In this document: piece by piece, positions 8,078 to 16,398 of the stretch
Layout: the number at the start of each line of letters is the position of its first letter
Numbering within the stretch: the first letter of the stretch is position 1
Assembly (NCBI GenBank): GCA_018814465.1
Contig: JAHIZR010000228.1
Location: forward strand, 173-64,172
Direction: 5' to 3'
DNA: 64,000 bases
From: a bacterium
GTDB lineage: Bacteria; Electryoneota; RPQS01
Position numbers and translations under genes: made by a program
Notes under the pieces: generated by a model
Told to the model about the DNA's origin: nothing
The model's database searches: none
What the model saw: only the letters and a program-made list of their open reading frames with translations

Positions 8078-8424
8078 TTAGCTGCATCGTTCATCTCCGG
8101 CAGTGCCGTGCGCGCCGGGTTTCTGGCCGGGTCGTCATTGCTCGTTACACCCCCTTCCCGCCGGATTGTATGCCAGATAGTTGCCGGTGCCGGTGATGAA
8201 CTCCAAAAGAATAGTCTGCGCCTTCCACTCCGGCGCAAGCGCGATCATCGAGCGCTTATAAAAGCCGTGAGCGCCAGTCGGGAAAGCAATGCAGCCGACA
8301 ATCTCCCTGAAGCGCGCGGGGTGCGGGTATCGTGGAATTGGCATTCTCCGCCCGGCCTCGCGCGCAGACGGGATTACTCCGTCTTTATCGACTCTATACG
8401 AATTAACATAACGAGGAGCATAAC

Positions 8425-8718
8425 ATGGATGCACGCAAGTTCGCGGAATTCGACCGCAAAATCGCCGCCGCGCATTGCCTGCGCGAGGATATCGTCGCGG
8501 CGTGCCGGTCACTGCATATCGCGGCGCAACGCATCGAGCGGGGCGATTTCACTGACCTCGATTCGCTCGCCAATCATTATCAGTTCATCGTCGAGACGCA
8601 GGCGGAACTCGCCGCGAAATTGCAGAAGCTCGCCCTCGCCAGCGGCGCGACGTCCGTCGTGCCGGTCAGCGGCAACGGCAAGGTGGAATTCGCAAGCCCG
8701 GATCCGGCGAACCGGTAG
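8425..8718 (+). CDS. Hypothetical protein
   Basis: GAGGAG RBS. Phage early region. Confidence 0.5.
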   Translation: MDARKFAEFDRKIAAAHCLREDIVAACRSLHIAAQRIERGDFTDLDSLANHYQFIVETQAELAAKLQKLALASGATSVVPVSGNGKVEFASPDPANR

Positions 8719-8726
8719 TCAAGCTC

Positions 8727-9122
8727 GTGGATCGCTCCGTCTATACCGCCTTGATCGGCCTCTTTCGAGATCGCCCGCGCGAACTGGCGATCAAGCGCGC
8801 CGACATTCAAGCGCGCCTGCGGGAGCTCTGCGGCGTGGAGGTGCATGTGCGCGACATCCAAAGCCTTGTCGATCACATAGCGGCGAGCGAACACTGGTGC
8901 ATTATTTCGGAGGCGCGCGGCTATTGGCGGCTGAGCGAGCGGGCCTCCGCCGAGGAGCTCGAAGCCGCCGAACACTCCGTCAACACGTTGCGCGCGCACG
9001 CCGAGGCGGAACTGGAGAAAGCCAATCTGCGCGTGAAATGGATCGATTTGATCCGCGAACTGCGGGAACATCCTGAACGGCAAAACGCGCGCACGACACA
9101 ACAGGAACGGCTATTCTTATGA
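8727..9122 (+). CDS. Hypothetical protein (GTG start)
   Basis: Close-packed with its neighbours. Confidence 0.5.
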   Translation: MDRSVYTALIGLFRDRPRELAIKRADIQARLRELCGVEVHVRDIQSLVDHIAASEHWCIISEARGYWRLSERASAEELEAAEHSVNTLRAHAEAELEKANLRVKWIDLIRELREHPERQNARTTQQERLFL

Positions 9123-9418
9123 CAGATTCGATTCGCCAAACCATGTACCCGGACACCGCCAAGCTGATGGCGGATCTGAATATGCTGGACCGCCTGCTCG
9201 CGCATAACCGCGAGCTGATCGGCGACAACAATCTCAAGCTCGAAGAGTTGCGGCGGCTAAAGCAAGCTTTGCAGGAAACGACCGCGGCGATCAAGGAACA
9301 GGTGGAGATCATTCTGGACCACTGGGACGCGCTGAAGATTGACGACCTTTACTTGCCGTATCGCGTCGCTATCGCCGACGCGCTGGATAAACTAACCGAG
9401 ATGCTTTCCGATGTGTAA
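9119..9418 (+). CDS. Hypothetical protein
   Basis: ATGA overlap. Confidence 0.5.
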   Translation: MTDSIRQTMYPDTAKLMADLNMLDRLLAHNRELIGDNNLKLEELRRLKQALQETTAAIKEQVEIILDHWDALKIDDLYLPYRVAIADALDKLTEMLSDV

Positions 9419-9743
9419 TACAAATATCCATACAATCACCATCACGCCCGACAGCTGCGCTTACGACAAATCCATCCGCGACATTCTGCATGAGGAGCTT
9501 GCAGCCAACAAAATCGAGTTGGACATTCCACTCGTGGATTTCTGCACGACGGCGGGCCTGCGATTGACGCGCAAATTCGAGCAGGAGACAGCGCGCCTTT
9601 GCGCCGAGAACGCGCGGCTACAGGAGGAGCTCGCCGCAACCTGGCGCAGAGCATCATTCAATCGCAGCTGCGCGGAAGGCGGAGAGACGTGGACTCAAGT
9701 GGCCGAAGACAATGCGGCAAATCTCGGCAAGGAGCAGCTATGA
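9411..9743 (+). CDS. Hypothetical protein
   Basis: Overlapping start and stop with its neighbours. Confidence 0.45.
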   Translation: MCNTNIHTITITPDSCAYDKSIRDILHEELAANKIELDIPLVDFCTTAGLRLTRKFEQETARLCAENARLQEELAATWRRASFNRSCAEGGETWTQVAEDNAANLGKEQL

Positions 9744-9937
9744 TCGACTGTGTGCAATGCGACGGTCTGCGTTGGTACAGAAAACTGCTGGCGAGCGGGT
9801 TCGTGCTTGGCATAGTCGCGATTGATGATCAACCGCCCTATTATCGAGAGTACCGATTAATTCAAATGCGTCCATTATCGGCGCCTGTGGAAGCATACCG
9901 CACGTCCATACGGAATCAATGGGAGAACGTTCAATGA
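9740..9937 (+). CDS. Small Cys-containing hypothetical protein
   Basis: GGAGCAG RBS. ATGA overlap with rusA. Confidence 0.4.
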   Translation: MIDCVQCDGLRWYRKLLASGFVLGIVAIDDQPPYYREYRLIQMRPLSAPVEAYRTSIRNQWENVQ

Positions 9938-10401
9938 CCACCCCCTCCGAAATTAAAATCATCGTACCCGGCAAGCCGAACGCGCGCAAGGCGCATAAGA
10001 TCGGCTTAGTCAATAATCCCAAGACCGGAAAACCGGTGCGCAAGCCGCTGTTGAACGACGAGGACGCCGCTTGGCAGAACCTCGTCAAGATGGCCGCGCA
10101 GCAGGCGATGCATGGCGCGCCGCCGCTCGCCGGGCATGTCTGGGCGCATTATCTGTTCATCTTCCCCGCCCCGATGAGCGCGCTGCGCAAAGCCGAGAAA
10201 CTGCTGATTATGAGCGGCAAGACGCTGTTGGCGCAGACGCGCTCGGATATCTGTAATCTGATCAAAAACGCTAACGATGGACTCAAAAACGTGGCCGTGC
10301 AAGACGACCGGCTGATCCGCTCCGGCGGCTTCGATATCCGCGTCGGCTTGAAGCCCTGCGCGATCATCACGCTGCGGCCCATCGGAGAACAGGATCGATA
10401 A
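9934..10401 (+). CDS. rusA: RusA-family Holliday junction resolvase
   Basis: Segment DICNLIKNANDGLKNVAVQDDRLI matches the RusA catalytic Asp and Lys pattern. About 155 aa. Confidence 0.75.
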   Translation: MTTPSEIKIIVPGKPNARKAHKIGLVNNPKTGKPVRKPLLNDEDAAWQNLVKMAAQQAMHGAPPLAGHVWAHYLFIFPAPMSALRKAEKLLIMSGKTLLAQTRSDICNLIKNANDGLKNVAVQDDRLIRSGGFDIRVGLKPCAIITLRPIGEQDR

Positions 10402-10407
10402 AATATC

Positions 10408-10665
10408 ATGAAGCGACAAAACACACCCCTCGTCCCGCAACTCCTGCGCGCGGTGGAAGCCGCCCGTTATCTCGGCGTCAGCCGCAACTTTTTGCAGAAG
10501 CTGCTCGAAGCGGGCACACTGCCTTGCGTGCGCTTGGACGGGTATAAGCTACGCATCGCGAAAACCGATCTTGACCGGTGGGTGCGGAAACAGCGCGGCG
10601 CGTATCGGAAAGTCGCTTCGCGCAACCGCGAGATCCAGAAGCTGCATGCGTACCGCGAGGAATGA
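10408..10665 (+). CDS. Small HTH DNA-binding protein (AlpA/excisionase-like)
   Basis: ARYLGVSRNFLQKLLEAGTLP. Confidence 0.55.
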   Translation: MKRQNTPLVPQLLRAVEAARYLGVSRNFLQKLLEAGTLPCVRLDGYKLRIAKTDLDRWVRKQRGAYRKVASRNREIQKLHAYREE

Positions 10666-11080
10666 TCTGGAGGCGCTGCGCGCCCGTATCATCGCGACGC
10701 TGCGCCGGAGCGCGACGCCACTGCGACCCCGCGAAGTCGCGCAAGCGCTGGGGATCGCGACGGCACCCGGCTATAGCGACGCGGTCACGCGGATCGGACA
10801 ACAACTCGACAGACTCTGGAAGCACGGACATATTCAATGCACGACGCTGCTGAAGAAGCAGCGCAAATACTCGGCAAACCCGGACAGCTATTATGAACAA
10901 AATCCTCTTACTGATCTGCGCGCTGCTCGCGCTGACCGTCTTGACCGCGACTGCCTTTATCCCGCTCCCGCAGCGGCTCAAAGCGAGCCCGGGCCGGCGG
11001 CTAGCCGTGGAACGTACGCTGCATCCGGAAGTGCGGCGCGGCGAAATCCTGATCGCATACCTGGCCGACGCCGCTGGTAA
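10646..11080 (+). CDS. Hypothetical winged-helix-like protein. The reading frame conflicts with the next gene (see findings).
   Basis: By eye, third-position G/C usage reads as coding in this frame up to about 10890 and not after. Confidence 0.35.
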   Translation: MRTARNDLEALRARIIATLRRSATPLRPREVAQALGIATAPGYSDAVTRIGQQLDRLWKHGHIQCTTLLKKQRKYSANPDSYYEQNPLTDLRAARADRLDRDCLYPAPAAAQSEPGPAASRGTYAASGSAARRNPDRIPGRRRW

Positions 11081-11189
11081 TCTGACGGCTACGCGGGCGC
11101 TCGTCGATTCCGTCGCGGCGGATTCGTTTTACATTTACGTCTTTCCCACACATCCTCAACACAAAAGGAAATGTACCAATGACCACTAA
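10893..11189 (+). CDS. Small secreted or membrane protein with an N-terminal signal peptide
   Basis: MNKILLLICALLALTVLTATA is hydrophobic. By eye, third-position G/C usage reads as coding in this frame from 10893 onward. Confidence 0.5.
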   Translation: MNKILLLICALLALTVLTATAFIPLPQRLKASPGRRLAVERTLHPEVRRGEILIAYLADAAGNLTATRALVDSVAADSFYIYVFPTHPQHKRKCTNDH

Positions 11190-11487
11190 TGACCTAAAGA
11201 GAATCGATCAACTGATTCGAGAGCACATCGCGACCGGCGGCGTGCTTACGACCGCTAATCTTTTAGACACCGTGGCCGAATTGCGGCGGCTCGTTTTGAC
11301 AAACGCGCACCGGCTCCCGAAAGCCAAGTATCTCGCCGATCATCTCGGCGCCTGCGAGTCGTGCATTATCGAGCAGAACATCAAGGAAGAAGACAAGCTA
11401 CAGGAGCAACTGCCGCTCGATGCGCCCGAAGCGTTCGACGCGGAATTCGAAGGCGAAGGCACGCACGCGAGCCGGAAGGCGTCATGA
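11179..11487 (+). CDS. Hypothetical protein
   Basis: Overlapping start and stop with its neighbours. Confidence 0.5.
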   Translation: MTTNDLKRIDQLIREHIATGGVLTTANLLDTVAELRRLVLTNAHRLPKAKYLADHLGACESCIIEQNIKEEDKLQEQLPLDAPEAFDAEFEGEGTHASRKAS

Positions 11488-11975
11488 CGAAGCGCACTCC
11501 CGTCACGCGCGATACGCTGATCCGGCTCTGGAACGAGGAACCGCGCAAGGTGCCGCTCGCCGTAATGCTGACGACCGCCGAACTGGAGAGCGGGATCGGG
11601 TCCGGCAGGTACGACGCGACCGCCGAGCGTTATGAAGAGCACTTGAAGGCGCGGCGGCAGGATTGGTCGGCGGCGGATTGCACGAGCTACGGTTTGTTTC
11701 AGATACTTGGCATTAACTGGCGATCCATCGGCATAGAGTACGCGATCTACCCGGATCAACACATCGTCTTCGTCGCTGGCACGTCGCCGCTCTCGCTCGA
11801 TGATCTGCTTCGCGTGCAGATGCGAGCCTATGACCGGTTCATGGGCGCGCTAATCCGCAAGCACGGACTGCCCAAGGCGTTTCGGATCTATAATGGAGCC
11901 GGACCGGCAGCAGACCGATATCGTGACCGCGCGCAGAAAGTACAGGCACGACTCACGAAGGATCTCGTCGCATGA
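11484..11975 (+). CDS. Putative DUF3380-type N-acetylmuramidase (endolysin candidate)
   Basis: Motif TSYGLFQILGINW resembles the SWGxxQIMGFN motif of DUF3380 muramidases. Start at the ATG at 11484. Confidence 0.45.
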   Translation: MTKRTPVTRDTLIRLWNEEPRKVPLAVMLTTAELESGIGSGRYDATAERYEEHLKARRQDWSAADCTSYGLFQILGINWRSIGIEYAIYPDQHIVFVAGTSPLSLDDLLRVQMRAYDRFMGALIRKHGLPKAFRIYNGAGPAADRYRDRAQKVQARLTKDLVA

Positions 11976-13663
11976 ACGAACTTAAATTTACGCTCGGAAC
12001 CGGCATCACTTCCCGCGCGGCGATTACGACCGACATCCATAAACTGATCGTGACGCGAATGGTGATTCAAGCGAATTCCGGCGCGGGTAAATCGCGGTCG
12101 ATGCGCAGAATCCTCGAACAATGCTTCGGGAACGCGCAGGAGATCGTGTTCGACCCGGAAGGCGAATTCGTTTCACTCGCGGAGAAATTTGACTTTCTCA
12201 TCGTCGGCAAGGGCGGTCATCTGCCGGTGCGCGTCGATACCGCCGAGCTGCTCGCCCTGAAGCTGCGGCAGTTGGGCATTTCCGCCGTGCTCGATCTTTC
12301 GGACCTCCGCCCGCTCGAACGCACAGCTTACATGAAGGTCTTTCTCAACTCTTTGATGCTCGCGCCGAAGGCTCCGGAACGGCCTTGCCTCGTGGCGATT
12401 GACGAGGCGGACATGTTCGCGCCGCAGAGCCGGGAGTCGCAATCCACGGAAGCGGTCGTCGATCTGTGCGTCCGGGGCCGCAAACGCGGTCTGTGCCCCA
12501 TTCTCGCGGTCATGCGGCTGTCGCAACTACACAAGGACGCGGCGGCGCAGTGCAACAACTACCTGATCGGACGCACCGCGCTCGACGTGGATATTCATCG
12601 CGTCGTCGACATTCTCGGCTTTCAGCGATCCCGGGACCGGGTCGCCACGCTGAAAACTCTGAAACCCGGCGAATTCTTTTTCTTCGGCCCGGCGAGCAGC
12701 TCGCACGACGTCGAACTGCTGAAAGTCGGTGACGTGCAAACCTATCACCCGGATGCCCGCGCGCGCGAGGTCAAGCCGGTATCGACGCAAAGCCCGGCGG
12801 TCAAAAAAGCGCTCGCGCAACTGCAGGATTTGGCGGAAGAGGCGGAAGAGAAGCGGCAGACCGAACAGCAGTTGCGGGACAAAATCCGCGAACTGGAAAC
12901 GCAAGTCCGATCTTTCGGGAAAAACGCCGCCGATCCGAAAATCTTAAGCGACTTGCGCAACCAGAATCTGCAACTGCGTGCCGAACTGAAAGCCATGCGG
13001 GCACGGTATCATTTCATCTTGACCGAGATGAATGTGATCAACGACAAAATGGCCGGACTGATCGAGCGCGAAAAGGCAGAGAACCTTGACGAGATCGCCG
13101 AGCTTCCGTTCATCGACGAGCCGCCTGCCGTTAGCCGTCAATCCGCTTTGGAGGCGGTCTCCCCCACGCCGTTATCGCACTACAGCCAGCAATCAACCAT
13201 CGATTCGCTGACGCCGCTGGCCGCGAAGTTGCTGCGCGCCGTCGTGCAATTCCATCCGAAGCCGGTGAAACTGCGCCGTGCCCTGCTCATCGCGGGTGTC
13301 TCCCCGCGAAGCAGCAACGTCGGGAAGTTCAAGAAAGACTTGGTCGCTCAGGGATATGTCGAGATCAACGGCCAATGGATCACCGCGACAAAGGCCGCGC
13401 TCGCGGCGGTCGGCGATTATACGCCCTTCCCCACCGACGCTAAGTCGATGATCGCCTCGGTTAAGTCGCTCTTCGATCCGAGCACGGCGAACCTGCTGGA
13501 AGCCATCTATCAGCACCCTGGACTCGTGAAGGGCGCGTTGCTGGACTTCGCGCAAATCAGCCGCACGTCGAGCAACGCCGGACGCTGCTTCAAGGAGCTC
13601 CGCGAATACGGCTTGATCGAACAGCGCGGCGAACGATTCTACTTGAGTGAGGAATTCAGTTAA
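11972..13663 (+). CDS. HerA/FtsK/DUF87-like P-loop NTPase with coiled coil and C-terminal winged-helix domains
   Basis: Walker A QANSGAGKSRS and Walker B LVAIDEADMF. A coiled coil follows, then repeated wH-like segments. Confidence 0.6.
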   Translation: MNELKFTLGTGITSRAAITTDIHKLIVTRMVIQANSGAGKSRSMRRILEQCFGNAQEIVFDPEGEFVSLAEKFDFLIVGKGGHLPVRVDTAELLALKLRQLGISAVLDLSDLRPLERTAYMKVFLNSLMLAPKAPERPCLVAIDEADMFAPQSRESQSTEAVVDLCVRGRKRGLCPILAVMRLSQLHKDAAAQCNNYLIGRTALDVDIHRVVDILGFQRSRDRVATLKTLKPGEFFFFGPASSSHDVELLKVGDVQTYHPDARAREVKPVSTQSPAVKKALAQLQDLAEEAEEKRQTEQQLRDKIRELETQVRSFGKNAADPKILSDLRNQNLQLRAELKAMRARYHFILTEMNVINDKMAGLIEREKAENLDEIAELPFIDEPPAVSRQSALEAVSPTPLSHYSQQSTIDSLTPLAAKLLRAVVQFHPKPVKLRRALLIAGVSPRSSNVGKFKKDLVAQGYVEINGQWITATKAALAAVGDYTPFPTDAKSMIASVKSLFDPSTANLLEAIYQHPGLVKGALLDFAQISRTSSNAGRCFKELREYGLIEQRGERFYLSEEFS

Positions 13664-13735
13664 TGATTTCGAAGCAGTGGTCGATTTGACCAGAATAATC
13701 CGTAAACACGAATCACCAATTACAGAGGAAAGCAA

Positions 13736-14014
13736 ATGAGTCCCCAACATCTCGGCAAGCACGCCCAGGACAAAATCACCGGGTTTAAAGGTATCGTTAC
13801 CGGCGAGATCGCCTATATCACCGGATGCGATCAGATCCTCATTCAGCCGCAGGGTCTCGACGACAACGGCAAGCCGTTCGAAAGCCGTTGGTTCGACATC
13901 TCCCGCTGCGAAATCGGCGACGAGATTCTTTACGAGCCTTTGCGGCAAGTAGAGCCGGGCGCGGATCGTCCCGGCGGCCCCGGCGACGAGAACCCAACCG
14001 ATCACGTTCGATAG
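13736..14014 (+). CDS. Hypothetical protein
   Basis: AGGAAAG RBS. Confidence 0.5.
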   Translation: MSPQHLGKHAQDKITGFKGIVTGEIAYITGCDQILIQPQGLDDNGKPFESRWFDISRCEIGDEILYEPLRQVEPGADRPGGPGDENPTDHVR

Positions 14015-14026
14015 TTATTCAGAGCC

Positions 14027-14386
14027 ATGCCGATCCATTCTGACGACAAGCATCGCTACCCGCCGAACTGGAAGGTGATTCGCGCGGCGATTCTGAAACG
14101 CGCCACCAACAGCAACGGCGATCAGCAGTGCGAATGCCGCGGCGAATGCGGCTTGCATCACGGCAAGCGCTGCAGCGAATTGAACGGCTATCCGGCGGAA
14201 TGGGCGAAGGGCACGACCGTGCTCACGATTGCTCATCTCGATCACAACGCTGACCCTGATAACCACTCGGATGCTAACCTGAAGGCCATGTGCCAGAGGT
14301 GCCATTTACGGTATGATTCGAAGCAACATCAAGCGAATGCGCGAAAAACACGGCGCGCCAAGAAGGCGTGCGGAGAGCTTCTGTGA
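14027..14386 (+). CDS. HNH endonuclease
   Basis: Motif HLDHNADPDNHSDANLKAMCQRCHLRYD plus an upstream Cys pair. Confidence 0.75.
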   Translation: MPIHSDDKHRYPPNWKVIRAAILKRATNSNGDQQCECRGECGLHHGKRCSELNGYPAEWAKGTTVLTIAHLDHNADPDNHSDANLKAMCQRCHLRYDSKQHQANARKTRRAKKACGELL

Positions 14387-15237
14387 AATGGTTTAAGCAC
14401 GATACGGACGGTCACGAATCCGAAAAACTCGTTGCATTGAGATCAAAGTTTGGCTGGGACTGGCTGGCGCGCTGGTACGTGCTGCTCGAAATGGTGGCGG
14501 CTAAGATGGACGACTCCGACCGCTGTCATCTCGAATATCCGATCAAGGAATGGTGCTATCAGCTGGACTGTACTCCGCGCCAATTACTGGCGTTTATGAC
14601 CTATCTTGACGCCGAAAAAATTGGTGGAAGTACGGTCAAAGTTGACCCGGAGTTACTCCAAAGTTTCACCCAAAGTTCGCCTGAAGTTACTCCAAAGTTA
14701 CGTCAGAGTTCGGCTGAAGTATCGCCAAGGTTACGCCGAGATTCCGTGGCTATTACGTCTAAGTTACTTCGGATTGACATACCTAACCTGCTGAAAAAGA
14801 GAGATGATAGCTCTCGAAAAGTCCGGAAAAAGTCCAGTAAAAGTCCCGGCCAGAGCGTAGAGCGTAGAAATTCTTCTAACGAAGAATTAAAAGAGCGTAG
14901 AGCGAAGAGCGAAGAGCACGCAAACGATTCCGAACCGAACATCGCTCCATCGCCTTTTCCAAAACCTGAGTCGGAAGATCAGTTTTTGAACGATCTCGAC
15001 GAGTTCATGGATCAACTTAACGAAATCGTCAAGCTCACCGAACACGACCGGCGCGGTATTCGATTTGACATCCTCCAACGCGGCAAGAGTGACGACCTGT
15101 CATGGATTCTGGATCAACTACGAGCGGCTAAGACCGACGGGCGGTTGAACGTCGAGAAACACGGCATCCGAAACGCTACGGCGTTCATTCGCAGCAAGAT
15201 TCAGGAGCTGTCCGGGAACAAACCACAAGGCCCTTAG
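14368..15237 (+). CDS. Putative phage replication initiator (Lin1244/DUF4373-like N-terminal domain). The gene contains iteron-like repeats.
   Basis: N-terminal segment WFKHDTDGHESEKLVALRSKFGWDWLARWY resembles the DUF4373-like N-terminus of phage initiators. Periodic AAGTT repeats and an AT-rich stretch lie within the gene. Confidence 0.5.
   Translation: MRRASVKWFKHDTDGHESEKLVALRSKFGWDWLARWYVLLEMVAAKMDDSDRCHLEYPIKEWCYQLDCTPRQLLAFMTYLDAEKIGGSTVKVDPELLQSFTQSSPEVTPKLRQSSAEVSPRLRRDSVAITSKLLRIDIPNLLKKRDDSSRKVRKKSSKSPGQSVERRNSSNEELKERRAKSEEHANDSEPNIAPSPFPKPESEDQFLNDLDEFMDQLNEIVKLTEHDRRGIRFDILQRGKSDDLSWILDQLRAAKTDGRLNVEKHGIRNATAFIRSKIQELSGNKPQGP
14650..14930. repeat. Candidate phage origin of replication: about 8 phased copies of CNAAGTTAC, 3 copies of GAAAAGTCC, AGAGCGTAG repeats and an AT-rich stretch, all inside the initiator gene
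   Basis: Direct repeats at roughly 10-12-bp spacing read from the sequence. Confidence 0.5.
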
Positions 15238-15292
15238 CGAGAGATTACTTCTTTCGCCGCGCAATCCCGTCATGATCACTTAACTCACTCAC

Positions 15293-15556
15293 GTGACACA
15301 ACTTAATTTTTTTATGACAAAACAGCGCAATTTCTGCTCGGTCAACTGTGCAGAAAATTGGCCGGAGCGCATCTCGCGACTCCTTGCCGCTTACGGCTGG
15401 AGTCAAGCGCGCTGTGCCATGCGCTTGCAGTGTCACGTGCAGACCGTCGGCAACTGGGTACATGGCCGGACGGCGCCGATTCAAGCCTATCGCAGCATGA
15501 TCGAAGAACTCGAATTTCGTAAAGGACTCAGAGCGCGCGACGATGAAACGACTTGA
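15293..15556 (+). CDS. XRE-like HTH protein
   Basis: ISRLLAAYGWSQARCAMRLQCHVQTVGNWVHGRTAP. Confidence 0.55.
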   Translation: MTQLNFFMTKQRNFCSVNCAENWPERISRLLAAYGWSQARCAMRLQCHVQTVGNWVHGRTAPIQAYRSMIEELEFRKGLRARDDETT

Positions 15557-16103
15557 GATGCAAAAGTACATGCAGGGGATCAACGACCTCACCGAGACGG
15601 AATACAAATTCCTGCTGGCTTACTGCGGGATCGATCCGCCGGGAAGCGGGCCGCGCGACGCGCAGCGCGCTTATCTGGCGATCCGGCCCAACGTGAAGGC
15701 ACTCTCGGCGCAGGTCTCCGGACGGCTGATGCTGAAACGCATTCGCGAGAAGGGCGCATTGCCGGAGCTGTTCGAATTACGCAATCTGGGTCTCAATCGC
15801 GCCGTGGATCTGCTCGGCGAATGCGCGCAAGCGGAAACCGTCAAGATCATCCGGCACCGCAACGGCGCCTGGGATTACGTTTACGCGCCGGACTACCGCA
15901 CGCGCTTTCGCGCGGCGCGGCTGCTGCTCGAACTGCACGGCATGATCGGCCCCGAAGCACAAGTGAATATCCACGTCGACAACCGCAAGACGTTCGCGCA
16001 AGCCATCGCGGAACAGGCGGAGGCGGACGAGCGCAAGAAACTCGAACACGACCAAGGATTCAAGAGCGATGCCGAAGACGCGGACTTCTGCGAAACGGAA
16101 TGA
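15543..16103 (+). CDS. Putative terminase small subunit
   Basis: Position immediately upstream of the large terminase. Size about 186 aa. Confidence 0.5.
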   Translation: MKRLEMQKYMQGINDLTETEYKFLLAYCGIDPPGSGPRDAQRAYLAIRPNVKALSAQVSGRLMLKRIREKGALPELFELRNLGLNRAVDLLGECAQAETVKIIRHRNGAWDYVYAPDYRTRFRAARLLLELHGMIGPEAQVNIHVDNRKTFAQAIAEQAEADERKKLEHDQGFKSDAEDADFCETE

Positions 16104-16398
16104 CGAACCGGAACGCCCGCGCGTCCTGCACTGCGAGCAGAAGCGCGACGACGGCTTTCCGCTCGGCGCGGAAACGGTCGTATTCAGCATCACAGCGGAA
16201 GTGTCCGAACGCGAATATCAGCGCATCGCCGACGCCTGGGAAACCGGCGCGGACTACGCGCTCGAAGTGGCCGGCAAAGCGCACGTCGGCACGGTCAAAG
16301 GCAATATCGTCCTCACCGAGCGCGGCACGGCGATATGGACGGTCCAATTCGACCTGCACGAGGATCCCGGCCAATGGGCGGCGCTCCTGAAATCATAA
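16069..16398 (+). CDS. Hypothetical protein
   Basis: By eye, third-position G/C usage reads as coding in this frame. Overlaps both neighbours. Confidence 0.45.
   Translation: MPKTRTSAKRNDEPERPRVLHCEQKRDDGFPLGAETVVFSITAEVSEREYQRIADAWETGADYALEVAGKAHVGTVKGNIVLTERGTAIWTVQFDLHEDPGQWAALLKS

Noticed and set aside
8108-9076. 322-aa Arg/Ser-rich plus-strand ORF
   Set aside because: Low-complexity product typical of an out-of-frame read of G+C-rich DNA. It overlaps better-supported ORFs at 8425-8718 and 8727-9122.
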